Of a stretch of 64,000 nt of DNA, positions 51,993-64,000 are shown piece after piece; position 1 is the stretch's first letter, and every line of letters begins with the position of its first letter. The notes beneath the pieces were generated by a model. The model ran no database searches and was not told where the DNA came from. It saw only the letters and a program-made list of their open reading frames with translations. Source of the stretch: Leucoraja erinacea (lineage: Eukaryota); contig NC_073403.1 of assembly GCF_028641065.1 (NCBI RefSeq), forward strand, positions 2,852,001-2,916,000. The letters run 5' to 3'. The translations under genes and the position numbers were made by a program.

Positions 51993-52852
51993 GTCCAAAT
52001 AGGGATCATATATAACTAGTGTCAATGTGTGAGTGATGATCGGTCTGGGCTGAAGGGACCATTTCCATGCTGTATCTCTTAACTAAACTGAAACTACACG
52101 GTTGATCCCTGTTTTTTAAATGGTTGAAGACACGCAACACTGATGGCTCCCAAACCGTCATTACGATGAAATAACTTTTTGGGTATTTTCCTCCAAACAA
52201 ACCTAGATTTCAATGCCTAACTCCTTCAACAGTTCGGGCAGGAACTGAAATTGTATGGGTGTACTTCGTTGACTATCCATAATTCAACAGCTAACTTTGC
52301 AGTAGGCAAGAGAATAAAATTACAGTCAGCCATGTTGTCAACAAAAACAACTGGAAATGCAATGTCTGTATCTTGTGAGGGTCTGAAAGTGGGTTTAGAA
52401 AGTAGAATGTGGAGAGGATGTTTCCGTAGCAGGAGGGTCAAGGACCAGAGGGCACAGCCTCAGGGCAATAGGACGTAACTATGGAATTGAGATGAGGAAG
52501 AATCTTTTCAGCCAGAGGGTGGTGAATCTGTGGAATTAATTGACTGGTGGAGACCAAGCCGATGGGTAATTTTAAAGTGGAGATGCAGAGGTTCCTAATT
52601 AGTAAAGGTGTCAAAGATTGCAGGGAGAAGGCAGGAGAATTGGGTTGAGAGGGAAAAATAGATCAGCTATGATCAAATGGCGGAGGATGCTGGATCTGCT
52701 TAATGGCCTAATTCTGCTTCAATGCCTTATGATCTTTAAGCTTATTAATGTCATGTGTACTGATGTACAATGAAAATGCTATTCAGTCAAATGTGGTAAT
52801 ACTATACACTAATGCAATCAAGGGAAACTCGGATACAATAAGTAGAAGAAAG

Positions 52853-53362
52853 AGCTCAGCATTAGACAATAGACAATAGGTGCAGGAGTAGGCCATTTGG
52901 CCCTTCAAGCCAGCATCGCCATTCAATGTGATCATGGCTTATCATCCCCAATCAGTACCCCGTTCCTGCCTTCTTCCCATATCCCCTGACTCCCCTATCT
53001 TTAAGAGCCCTATCTAGCTCTCTCTTGAAAGTATCCAGAGAACCGGCCTCCACTGCCCTCCGAGGCAGAGAATTCCACAGACTCACAACTCTCTGTGTGA
53101 AAAAGTGTTTCCTCGTCTCCGTTCTACATGGGTTACCTCTTATTCTTAAACTGTGGCCCCTGGTTCTGGACTCCCCCAACATCGGGAACATGTTTCCTGC
53201 CTCTAGCGTGTCCAAACCCTTAATAATCTTGTATGTTTCAATAAGATTCCCTCTCATCCTTCTAAATTCCAGGGTGTACAAGCCCAGCCGCTCCATTCTC
53301 TCAGCATGTGACAGTCCCGCCATCCCGGGAATTAACCTGGCGAACCTACGCTGCACTCCCTC
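52853..53362 (-). mobile_element. CR1-clade LINE 3' fragment, second subfamily ((CTATTGT)n tail)
   Basis: LDTLEAGNMFPMLGESRTRGH...KHFFTQRVVSLWNSLP. The same subfamily is at ~14925-15290(-), 16268-16655, 29706-30108(-), 37347-37670, 57950-58268. Confidence 0.9.
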
Positions 53363-53719
53363 ATTGTAGCACACCAGTTCCAGAGACAAAGTCCATTGTC
53401 TGCAATGGGGTAGAGGACAGCAAGTTCTTTTCCCAACGAGAAATGGTGCTTGATTTAAAGGTAGAAAAGAGATTTAAAAGAGTAGGGTGAAGTATGAGAT
53501 GATAGCAGCGACAAGTCGTAATTGCCCTGGCTCCAGCTTTGCCAATGTCGTTTCACTTTGTGGAGTGACGGTTTACTCCAGATTTATGTGGGATCTTAAT
53601 TAACGGGATCCACAGAGATCAGATGGTGCAGAGTCAGATGCATGATTTAAATATGTATATATATACATACATAAAAAGCAGAAAGAGAAATAAGTGTCCA
53701 ACTCTCTTTCTTTCAAAAG

Positions 53720-53829
53720 CTAAAAAAGAACCTGGATAAAACAGAAAAGAAGAAAAAGAAGGAGAAGAAGAAGAAGCACAAGAAACATCGGCACTCCAGT
53801 TCCAGTGATAATGGGCAGCACAAAACAAA
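53720..53829 (+). CDS. CWC25: CWC25 exon 5 (Lys-rich)
   Basis: CAAAAG| LKKNLDKTEKKKKKEKKKKHKKHRHSSSSDNGQHKT AA|GTACAG; phase matches exon 6. Confidence 0.87.
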
Positions 53830-54529
53830 GTACAGTATATTAACCATATAACAATTACAGCTGATCCGTGCCGAACCTGTGCCGAATATTAGCTGATAAT
53901 GTCAGCACCGGCTGCAGTATTGTGCCCAATCCTGGCTACCACACTTTGGAAAAGACCAAGGCTCTACGTTGGGCTGAGGGATATGGTTTAGTTTAGAGAT
54001 GCAACGTTTTAAACTCTCTGCCACAGAGGGTAGTTGAGGCCAGTTCATTGGCTATATTTAAGAGGGAGTTAGATGTGGCCCTTGTGGCTAAAGGGATCAG
54101 AGGGTATGGAGAGAAGGCAGGTACAGGATACTGAGTTGGATGATCAGCCATGATCATATTGAATGGCGGTGCAGGCTCGAAGGGCCGAATGGCCTACTCC
54201 TGCACCTATTGTCTATGTTTCTATGTAGAGCAAAGGGGAAGATACAGAGTGCAGAAGGTACTTCTCAAGAGTGCAGGAGGATGTATGGTGATCCTATTGA
54301 GGCGTACAAGATCGTGAGGAGGTGCAGGCTTGAAGGGCCGAATGGCCTACTCCTGCACCTAATTTCTATTTTTCTATGTTTCTAAACAGGCTCTTTGGCC
54401 CACCGAGGCCACCCCAACCAATAATAACCCAGTCACTCTAGTTCTGGGGTTCCCAACCTTTCTCGTCCCGTTTCCCCCTGGCAACTTGAATAGCACATAA
54501 CGATGTTATTTCACTTATTTATGAACAAC

Positions 54530-55192
54530 TAATGATGAAAGCAAATGGTATGTTGGCATTCATAGTAAAAGGATTTGAGTATAAGAGCAGGGAGGTTCTA
54601 CTGCAGTTGTACAGGGTCTTGGTGAGACCACACCTGGAGTATTGCGTACAGTTTTGGTCTCCTAATCTGAGGAAAGGCATTCTTGCCATAGAGGGAGTAC
54701 AGAGAAGGTTCACCAGACTGATGCCTGGGATGGCAGAACTTTCATATGAAGAAAGACTGGATAGACTCGGCTTGTACATGCTAGAATTTAGAAGATTGAG
54801 GGGGGATCTTATAGAAACTTACAAAATTCTTAAGGGGTTGGACAGGCTAGATGCAGGAAGATTGTTCCCGATGTTGGGGAAGTCCAGAACTAGGGATCAC
54901 AGTTTAAGGATAAAAGGGAAGTCTTTTTGGACCGAGATGAGAAAATCATTTTTTACACAGAGAGTGGTGAATCTGTGGAATTCTCTGCCACAGAAGGTAG
55001 TTGAGGCCACAGTTCATTGGCTATATTTAAGAGGGTTAGATGTGGCCCTTGTGGCTAAAGGGATCAGGAGGTATGGAGAGAAGGCAGGGATGGGATACTG
55101 AGTTGGATGATCAGCCATGATCACATTGAATGGCGGTGCAGGCTCGAAGGGCCGAATGGCCTACTCCTGCACCTATTTTCTATGTTTCTATG
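54530..55192 (+). mobile_element. CR1-clade LINE 3' fragment
   Basis: 189-aa ORF corresponding to the CR1 ORF2 C-terminus, plus tail. Same family at ~1482-1845(-), 9878-10300(-), 14025-14407, 17115-17343, 19752-20030(-), 20113-20413, 31215-31647, 32470-33060(-), 34005-34448, 36016-36358, 39188-39673(-), 41460-41850(-), 45237-45775, 48339-48582(-), 54012-54225, 56497-56756. Confidence 0.92.
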
Positions 55193-57084
55193 AACAGATA
55201 CCGGTATACCGGGACCAAACACAGTCAGTCAATGAGAAAAAATATGTAAAATCCCGAATCAACAAATGTACCTCCTGGGTAGGTGAAATTTACCCCCAGC
55301 TTGGGAGCCCTTGCTCTTGTTCTATATTATCTCATATTCACGCCCTTCACACCAGGGCCAATTTACAGAAAACAATTTACCTGCATCCCTGTGATAAACT
55401 CAAAATGCTGGAGTAACCTAGTGAGTCAGGCAGCATCTCTGGAAAACAATGGATCAGGTGACATTTTGGGGCAGGACCTTCAATTCAATTCAATTCAATT
55501 CAATTCATCTGCATCTAAAGTTCTTTTTTATTACATTTAACCTACAAACCTGCATGGATTTGGAATGTGGGAGGTAACCAGAGCATCCAGAGAAAACCTA
55601 TGCGGTCACAAGGGGAACGTGGAAACTCCGCAAAGACAGCACCCGTAGTCAGGATCAAACCCGGGTCTCTGGCGCTGTGAGACAGCAACTCTGCCACTGT
55701 GCCACCCCTATTCAATAAATGTCTGAACAGGGATTTGAACTCAGGACACCCGAAGCATCAGAATTACACATTACTCCCTCGTGAAAACCATACCTTTAAG
55801 CCAATAAATCAACGTCAGTTATTCAGTTATGTTTGAGGACAGAAAAGTTAGTCAAACCACAAAGGGAATAAGATTTGACAGAACCGTTTAAAATGACGAT
55901 AGCATAGATACACAGGGATCATTCTCAGTGGCAGGCGGGTCAGGAAATCAGAGAACAGATTAATTGGCTGATTGAACAATATTTCATTAGGCCTGAAAGG
56001 TGCTTCATAAATACAAGTCTTTAGTTCGATTGATTGATTGATTGATTGATTGAAGGTACAATATGGAAACAGGCTTCTCAGTCCACGTTGACCATCAATC
56101 ACCCGCTCACACTGGCCTGTCTATTTCCTTCCACAAATGCTGTCTGACCCTCTGAGTTACTCCAGCAGTTTGATTTTCCTCAGGTTTCCTGCATCGGAAA
56201 TCTCTTGTCACCCTAGCTCTGTTGTATGTGATGTTGAATAGCTATCCTCAATCAGCGTGATAAATGAATGATTGTTTAGTGGGCGTTTTGCTGGGAGAAA
56301 ATTGACTGCTGCGTTTCCTATATTACAATAGTGACTGCATTTTGGAAATACTTTACTAGCTGTACTTTTTTGGCACTCCCTGGGCCCAAGTAATATGCTG
56401 TAGAAGTCCCAAGTTTTCTTTACAGGCATCGCATGTTAGGGTTAAGAAAAATCCATTAAAAACTTTGTCCTCATTAGTTATTCCCTGACAGGTATTAGAG
56501 ATGAGAAAAACATATTTCACACAGAGAGTGGTGAATCTCTGGAATTCTCTGCCACAGAAGGTAGTTGAGGCCACCGTTCATTGGCTATATTTAAGAGGGA
56601 GTTAGATGTGGCCCTTGTGGCGAAAGGGATCAGGGGGTATGGAGAGAAGGCAGGGATGGGATACTGAGTTGGATGATCAGCCATGATCATATTGAATGGT
56701 GGTGCAGGCTCGAAGGGCCGAATGGCCTACTCCTGCACCTATTTTCTATGTTTCTAACATGTAGGTACAGCACATTACCTGAGAGAATGTATTGGCTGAA
56801 GCTCCATGATTGTCAAGTATTGATCTATTTTCAAATTTATATAAAGACACTGAATTAGAAGCCTAAATATAGGGGGGGGGGGGGGGGGGGATGGGGGGGA
56901 GGGGAGGGGGGGGGGGGGATGGATATATATAGAGAGAGAGCGAGAGAGAGACTTGACAGGATGGGGTTTTTTTTAAGTTCCGTGTTATTTGAAAACTTGA
57001 ATTTGGGAACGTTTGCAGTGTAACAATCAGTTTGTATTTCTTTACTCTGGAACAGAATCAACCTATATTTTTAAACTATTGCAG

Positions 57085-57148
57085 ACGGCGTGAAAAGAGC
57101 ACTTCACCCACGTCAGTCCAGAAGAAAATCGCTGGTTACGGTTTAAAG
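57085..57148 (+). CDS. CWC25: CWC25 exon 6
   Basis: TTGCAG| RREKSTSPTSVQKKIAGYGLK |GTTTGT (GYGL motif). Confidence 0.87.
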
Positions 57149-58449
57149 GTTTGTCCTCGTGCATCTTTGCTGCTTCTAAAATGCCTGGGTTTTTCTATTC
57201 GGTGTGTTGCAAATCCAGGTAATTGCTCTCAAAATGAAAAGCGTCCAAGTCTCTCATCATAGACGACACACACAACAATTTGGTGTCTTTATGTTATTGC
57301 AGCCAACCAGTGTGTCATTACGGCAGGTTTTAAGTGAACGTATCCATAACTTAAAATGTAATGATCACTCTTGACTCTAACTGCGCAATTGTAGGTGATT
57401 AAAGCTCTTTAATAACACACGGCAGTTGAGTTGGTTGTCATATTAAATATATCAACAGCAGATTAAAGTATTAATCGCCAAACTAATTATCAGATGTGTC
57501 ATTGTTGTTGCTTTTAACAGTACAGTTGAAATCCTAGCCTTTCATCACATAAAGGGTCGGGCTATGATACAAGTTTACGTTTAATACTGTCGTATGTAGT
57601 GAGGTACAGTGAAAAAACTTTGTGTTGCATGCTTTCAGTTAGGTCAGTTCTGGAATTAATTTAAATGTGTGCTCACTGAATATCAACAGTTTATCCATTG
57701 TCTTTTGTTAAAATTTCATAATTTTAAGCATATAAAATGTCCCCTGCTGAAGTTGCTCAGCATGTTTCACAGGAGTGTGGTTATTGCAATGCATAGCACA
57801 GTATTTTCTCCCTACTCAGTTTTAGGAATCTGCAGTTTTGTCTTTATCCATCGACATAGCAACAGAATTAGGCCATTCGGCCCATTGAGTTCAATCATGG
57901 CCAATCTATCTTTCCCTCTCAACTCCATTCACCTGCCTTCTCGCCGTGCTGTTGGGGGGGGGGGGGGGGTCCAGAACCAGGGGCCACACAGTTTAAGAAT
58001 AAGGAGTCGGCCATTTAGAAAGGAGACGAGGAAACACTTTTTCTCACAGAGAGTGGTGAGTCTGTGGAATTCTCTGCCTCAGAGGGCGGTGGAGGCAGGT
58101 TCTCTGGATGCTTTCAAGAGAGAGCTAGATAGGGCTCTTAAAAATAGCGGAGTCAGGGGATATGGGGAGAAGGCAGGAACTGATTGGGGATGATCAGCCA
58201 TGATCAAGTTGAATGGCGGTGCTGGCTCAAAGGGCCGAATGGCCTACTCCTGCACCTATTGTGTATTGTACTGTTTGACCGCATTACCACGCAAGCACCT
58301 GTAAATCTCCTTTAAAAAATTCCCATTGAGGTGGCGTCCACAGCCGTCTGTGGCAATGAATTCCACAGATTCACCATTTCGTGTTTCACAGCCTTAAATG
58401 GGAGGATGTTCCTTTCCGCCTTTCAGTGATCTTGCCATCTGCTCTCCAG

Positions 58450-58670
58450 GTGAAAGATTCTCACAGGATTAAACAACGACCTGCTTCCCCATCCCTTGAC
58501 CACGGTGAGGTGGCGCACAAAAGCAGGCCCAGGTCCAGGTCACGGTCGGGGAGCCACTCGCGATCAACAGCGCGGCAGTCTCACAAACGCAACAAGCATG
58601 AAGATTCGCGGGGTCGAAGATCCAGGTCATCATCTCGATCCCCTCCAAAGCACTCGAAGGCGCATTCACA
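58450..58670 (+). CDS. CWC25: CWC25 exon 7 (RS-rich)
   Basis: CTCCAG| VKDSHRIK...SRPRSRSRSGSHSRS...RSRSSSRSPPKHSKAHS CA|GTGAGT. Confidence 0.88.
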
Positions 58671-59619
58671 GTGAGTAAGACAAAATGTTTAAGCAAGAAC
58701 GGCAGATGCTGGAAAAATCGAAGGTAGACAAAAATGCTGGAGAAACTCAGCGGGTGAGACAGCATCTATGGAGTCTGAAGAAGTGTCTCGACCTGCAACG
58801 TCTCTTACTCCTTCGCTCCATAGATGCTGCCTCACCCGCTGAGTTTCTCCAGCATTTTTGTCTACCTTCACAGTGAGTCCATCACCTATCTCACCTGCTT
58901 TGTTATTGAAAGAAAGTTTTGTTTAATTCTTCCTCTCCTGCAGTTGCTGACGTGCTACAGTGCATGTTAGTGGCCGGCAGACTCTTATCCCAAATGCCAG
59001 GCTTGACGGTAACCACGGTAACCACAGGGTGGTGCAGCAGAAGAGTTGCCGCCTCACAGCGCCAGAGACACGGGATCCTGACCGCAGGTGCTGTCTGTGT
59101 GGAGTTTGCATGTTCTCCCTGTGACTGCGTGGGTTTCCTCCCAAGTGCTCCGGTTTCCTCACACGCTCCAAAGACGTACAGGCTTGTTACCACGCTGTAT
59201 CTGTCAAACTAAAAAACTAAAACCGGACGGAGCACCTGTGGAAACCCACCGGGTCACAGAGGGAACATGCAAACTCCACACGGACAGCACCCGAGGCCTG
59301 GATCGAATCAAGGTCCCTGGCGCTCTGAGGCAGCCCTAAAATTTCGGGAAAACATTTTTTTTGAACGAGAGACCCGGGTTCGATCCTGACTTCAGGTGCT
59401 GTCTGCACAGAGTTTGTACCTTTTCCCTGTGACCGTGTGGGTTTTCTCTGGGTGCTCCGGTTTCCTCCCACATTCCAAAGATGTGCAGGTTTGTATCTTA
59501 ATTGGCTTCTGTAAATTGAGCCTAGTGTGTCGGATAGAACTGGTAAACGGGTGACCGTGGGATGAGCACGCATGCCAAGCTGCAACGGCTTGTGTTCCTA
59601 ATACCATCCTAGCCATGTA

Positions 59620-60355
59620 GATTCAGATTCAGATTCAGATTCAGATTCAATTTTAATTGTCATTGTCAGTGTACAGTACAGAGACAACGAAATGCATTTA
59701 GCATCTCCCTGGAAGAGCGACATAGCAAATGATTTGAATAAATAATAATAAGTGTCCGGAGGGGGTGGTGATTGGCAGTCACCGAGGTACGTTGTTGAGT
59801 AGAGTGACAGCCGCCGGGAAGAAGCTGTTCCTCGACCTGCTGGTTGGGCAACGGAGAGACCTGTAGCGCCTCCCGGATGGTAGGAGGGTAAACAGTCCAT
59901 GGTTGGGGTGAGAGCAGTCCTTGGCGATGCTGGGCGCCCTCCACAGACAACGCTTGCTTTGGACAGACTCAATGGAGGGGAGCGAGGAACCGGTGATGCG
60001 TTGGGCAATTTTCACCACCCTCTGCAATGCCTTCCAGTCGGAGACAGAGCAGTTGCCATACCATACTGTGATACAGTTGGTAAGGATGCTCTCGATGGTG
60101 CAGCGGTAGAAGTTCACCAGGATCTGAGGAGACAGATGGACCTTCTTCAGTCTCCTCAGGAAGAAGAGACGCTGGTGAGCCTTCTTGATCAGAGTTGAGG
60201 TATTGTGGGTCCAGGAGAGGTCATCGGAGATGTTGACTCCCAGGAACCTGAAGCTAGAAACACGTTCCACCTCCGTCCCGTTAATGTGGATGGGGGTGTG
60301 CGTGCCGCCTCTGGACTTCCTGAAGTCTACAATGAGCTCCTTGGTAGACATTGAA
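59620..60355 (-). mobile_element. Rex1/Babar-type non-LTR retrotransposon 3' fragment with (GAATCT)n tail
   Basis: TKELIVDFRK...FRFLGVNISDDLSW...KKAHQRLFFLRRLKK...LLPSGRRYRS. A shorter copy is at 39920-40265(+), with related 3' ends at ~17561-17855, 26940-27330 and 63235-63580. Confidence 0.88.
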
Positions 60356-60447
60356 AGAGCTGTAGAATGATCAGTTCTAACGAGAAGGTAGACAAAAATG
60401 CTGGAGAAACTCAGCGGGTGAGGCAGCATCAATGGAGCGAAGGAAAA

Positions 60448-60481
60448 GGTGACGTTTCGGGTCCAGACCCTTCTTCAGACT
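60448..60481 (-). ncRNA. Minimal type I hammerhead ribozyme motif downstream of a Penelope GIY-YIG C-terminus
   Basis: The - strand reads AGU CUGAAGA A GGGU CUGG ACCC GAAAC GUC ACC. Confidence 0.65.
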
Positions 60482-60717
60482 GATTGGGGGTGGTGGGGGC
60501 GGGAAGAAGAAAGGAAGAGGTGGAGACAGTGGGCTGTGGGAGAGCTGGGGAGGGGAAGGAGGGAGAAAGCAAGGACTACTTGAAATTGGAGGTCAATGTT
60601 CATACCGCTGGGGTGTAAACTACCCAAGCGAAATATGAGGTGCTGCTCCTCCAATTTGCAGTGGGACTCACTCTGGCCATGGACAGAAAAAGTTCTAACG
60701 AGAATTTATTTTTGAAG

Positions 60718-60804
60718 GTACTCTGACACGGGAAACACCCAAGCACGAAAAATATCCCCAAAGAGAGAAGGATACCAGAGGAAGCCTCATTCCAGTCAGT
60801 CCAG
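60718..60804 (+). CDS. CWC25: CWC25 exon 8
   Basis: TTTGAAG| YSDTGNTQARKISPKREGYQRKPHSSQS AG|GTATTT; phase 2 at both ends, joining exons 7 and 9. Confidence 0.8.
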
Positions 60805-63025
60805 GTATTTGTCACTCCAGCTCCATGCAAATGGGGTGGGGAGATATTAATGTTTAAAGCTATAACGTAGAATGGAATCAAAATACATGATTGCTTTTCA
60901 TTTAATTGATCTTGCTGGGATAAAAGGGAAAATAAAAAATATAAAACTGTTGACGTATTATCATAATATATCATCAAAATAATTTGCCAGGGAATACCAG
61001 ACTACCGAGGGAGGCAACAGCAAATCTAATCTGTACCTTATCTCAAACCCTAAGCCAAGTGAAATCATGAGCTGCTTTAGCTTTTATTTTGATTAATTGC
61101 GCCCCTTGTACTGTTCAATAAGTCCAAGGCTGGTTTTATTTTTTCCCCTTAGCGTCACTTTCCCGGGTTTAACTTTGTGTTCCTTCCTTCCTTTAAAATC
61201 TAACAAACCCTGTCTTGAGCATTCTTGGCAGCTGAGAATCCACAGCCTTCTTGGATAAAGAATTACAAATTATCGCCAACCTACAAGGAAAGACATGTTG
61301 TCTTCCCCCAAGCCCTGAAAAGCAATCCCTTACTTTGAGACTCTGGTTAGTAGTTATAGAGTCATATATAGCATGGATCCAAGCCCTTCGACCTTAACTT
61401 GCCCATACCGCCCAATGTGCCCCATCTCCACTAGTCCCACCTGCCTGCATTTGGCCCACAACCTTTCCTATCGATGTACTTGTCCAAATGTCTTTTAAAT
61501 GATATGATACCTGCCTCAACTACTTCCTCTGGCAGCTTGTCCCAATATACCCACCACCCTCTGTGTGAAAAAAGTTGCCCCCCGGGTACCTATTCAATCT
61601 TTCTGCTCTTACCTTAAACCTATGTCTTCTGGTTGTTGATTTCCCTACTCTGGGCAAAAGGTTCTTGTCATGCTGTGGATTGCGGGCATAATGGAGGCAA
61701 ATGGGACTAGCCCAATATCCCAACTTAGTCGGCATAGACAAGGTATGTCAAGGGCTATTTACACGTATATGACTATGACACAAGTCAAGGAAAGCACCAA
61801 TTCTGTATCTACCCAGTCAGATCCTTTAAGTTAATTTTCTTCAATTGTTTTGAAGAGATTCTTCTGAACTTGAGCGTTTAGGCCTGGTCTGCTTTTTCAT
61901 CAGGCTGATGGCCAAAATTATCATGGCAGACGGCTTAACAGTTCACTGTTCTATGTCCTGGTAATTATGTATCGTGATATCTTCTTGCAAAACACATGCT
62001 CAACATCTAGGTGCTTAGTATTCCATAACTAGACTAGGCTTGTATTCACTGGAGTTTAGAAGGATGAGTGGGGGGAGGGGTCTTATAGAAACATGTAAAA
62101 TTATAAAAGGACCGGACTAGCTAGATGCAGGAAAAATGTTCCCAATGTTGGCCGAGCCCAGAACCAGGGGCCACACTCTTAGAATAAAGGGGAGGCCATT
62201 TAAGACTGAGGTGAAAAAAAACATTTTCACCCAGCGAGTTGTGAATTTGTGGAATTCCCTGCCACAGAGGGCAGTGGAGGCCAAATCACTGGATGGATTT
62301 AAGAGAGCGTTAGATAGAGCTCTTGGGGCTAGTAGAATCAAGGGATATGGGGAGTACGCAGGCACGGGTTATTGATTGGGGATGATCAGCCATGATCACA
62401 ATGAATGGCGGGTGCTGACTCGAAGGGCCGAATGGCCTCCTCCTGCACCTATTGTCTATGTTTCTATATTTCTATGTAATCCAGAATATAATGAGCAGAT
62501 ATAGAGGAGGGTTGATCAATTGAGTTATCTTTGCTTGCTGCAGGCTCCGAGCAAACACTTGGAGCTTGTGTGCAGCCATTAACAATGGCCTGCAACACCC
62601 CTACATACGATGCTATACGGTCCATAAGTTATAGCAGCAGAATTAGGCCATTAGTCTACTCCACTATTTTATCACGGGCGATCTATTTTTCCCTTTCAAA
62701 CCCATTCTACTGTCTTCTCCCCATGACCCCTGACACCCGTACTAATCAAGTCAACCACTGCCTTAAAAATATCCATTGATGGCCTCCACAGCCGTTAGTG
62801 GCAATGAATTCCACAGACTCACCACCCTCTGACTAAAGAAATTGATCCTCATCTTCTTTCTAAAGGTACATAATTTTATTCTGAGTCTGTGACCTCTGGT
62901 TCTAGACTCTCCCACTAGTGGAAACATCTTCTCCACATCCACTCTATCCAGGCCTTTCAATATTCGGTACATTTCAATGAGGTTTTCCCCTCACCCTTCT
63001 AATGAATGTGTTGGGATTCCTGCAG

Positions 63026-63187
63026 GAACCTTTCAGCAGAGGAGCTTGAACACAGACGTTTGGAGATGATGGAGAATGCTAAGTGGAGAGATAAAACCCG
63101 AGAGAGTAACATCAAGAGGTACAAAGAAGAGGAAGCATTGGAGCAAGAACTTGACAAAAGAGATTCCAAGGAAGCGAAATTCCTCCA
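63026..63187 (+). CDS. CWC25: CWC25 exon 9
   Basis: CTGCAG| NLSAEELEHRRLEMMENAKWRDKTRESNIKRYKEEEALEQELDKRDSKEAKFL CA|GTAAGT. Confidence 0.94.
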
Positions 63188-63686
63188 GTAAGTATTGCGT
63201 ATGTTAGCGTTGTGATCTGCTTATGATTTTAGGAATCCCACACCATCCTGGCCACACACTCATCTCCCCGCTACCTTCAGGTAGACGGTACAGGAGCCTG
63301 AAGACTGCAACAACCAGGTTCAGGAATAGCCACTTCCCCACAGCAATCAGGTTATTAAACTCGGCTCGGACAAAGCTCTGAACATTAATAACCCATTATC
63401 TATTATTTTGCACTTTATCAGTTTATTTATCCATGTGTGTATATATTTATACAATGGTATATGGACACACTGATCTGTTCTGTAGTCATGCCTACTATAT
63501 TCTGTTGTGCTGAAGCAAAGCAAGAATTTCATTGTCCTATCAGGGACACGTGACAATAAACTCTCTTGAATCTTGAATCTTGTGCAGGTGGTTCTTGTAA
63601 AATGCTAGTTGGATGCAACATATGTGTAACACTCTGTATCACACAAGTCGAATTGGTTATAATGCAACTTAGATCAGGAAGTAGAG

Positions 63687-63987
63687 TGGTGGTAGCGCTG
63701 CGATAGAGTTGCTGCCTCACAGCGCCAGAGACCCAGGTTCGATCCTGACTACGTGACCTGTCTGTATGGAGCTTGTACCTTCTCCCCATGACCAGCGTGG
63801 GTTTTCTCTGGGAGCTCCGGTTTGCTTCCACACTCCAAAGAAGTACACGTTTGCAGGCTAATTGGCTTAGGTAAAATTGTAACTTGCCCCTAGTGTGCGG
63901 AGGATAGTGTTAGTGCGCGGTGATCGCTGGTCGGCACGCACTAGGTGGGCCGAAGGGCCTGTCCCTGCGCCGTATCTCTAAACTAAA
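63687..63987 (+). mobile_element. tRNA-derived V-SINE (HE1-like)
   Basis: A/B-box head (..GATAGAG..GGTTCGATCC), central V-domain (GTGGGTTTTCTC..CTCCGGTTT..CCACACTCCAAAGA) and CR1-like tail. Other copies at ~11035-11330(-), 21745-21960, 24405-24675, 25570-25840, 28213-28400, 35181-35462, 36938-37160, 38729-38935, 55540-55708(-), 59028-59222, 59367-59560. Confidence 0.85.
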
Positions 63988-64000
63988 GGAAACTCAGCTA

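Noticed and set aside
59779-60432. 217-aa ORF as a host gene
   Set aside because: It is a Rex1/Babar-type retrotransposon ORF C-terminus, 5'-truncated, with a microsatellite tail.

Overview
Repeat-rich vertebrate genomic DNA. The CR1-type LINEs, V-SINEs of the HE1 type and Penelope-like elements point to a cartilaginous fish such as a skate or ray (inference). Four spliced genes lie in the same order and orientation as in human 17q12: LASP1 exon 1 (- strand), complete RPL23 (5 coding exons, 140 aa, 5'TOP start, two intronic SNORA21-like H/ACA snoRNAs), complete C17orf98/SPMAP1 (3 exons, 163 aa) and CWC25 coding exons 1-9 (the last exon lies beyond the window). Almost all other ORFs in the track are TE fragments or low-complexity artefacts. 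The main non-gene signals are: (i) an abundant Penelope-derived short repeat carrying a minimal type I hammerhead-ribozyme motif (CUGAAGA-A-stemII-GAAAC-GUH), often as foldback units with 12-15 bp target-site duplications, two of which duplicate CWC25 splice signals; (ii) a 27-33 bp hAT-like micro-element made only of TIRs, with 8-bp TSDs; (iii) a ~1 kb inverted duplication of part of SPMAP1 exon 1 and intron 1, fused in frame to a CR1 ORF; (iv) promoter and intron minisatellites. There is one 445-nt assembly gap. All family assignments come from motif recognition by eye; no searches were run.
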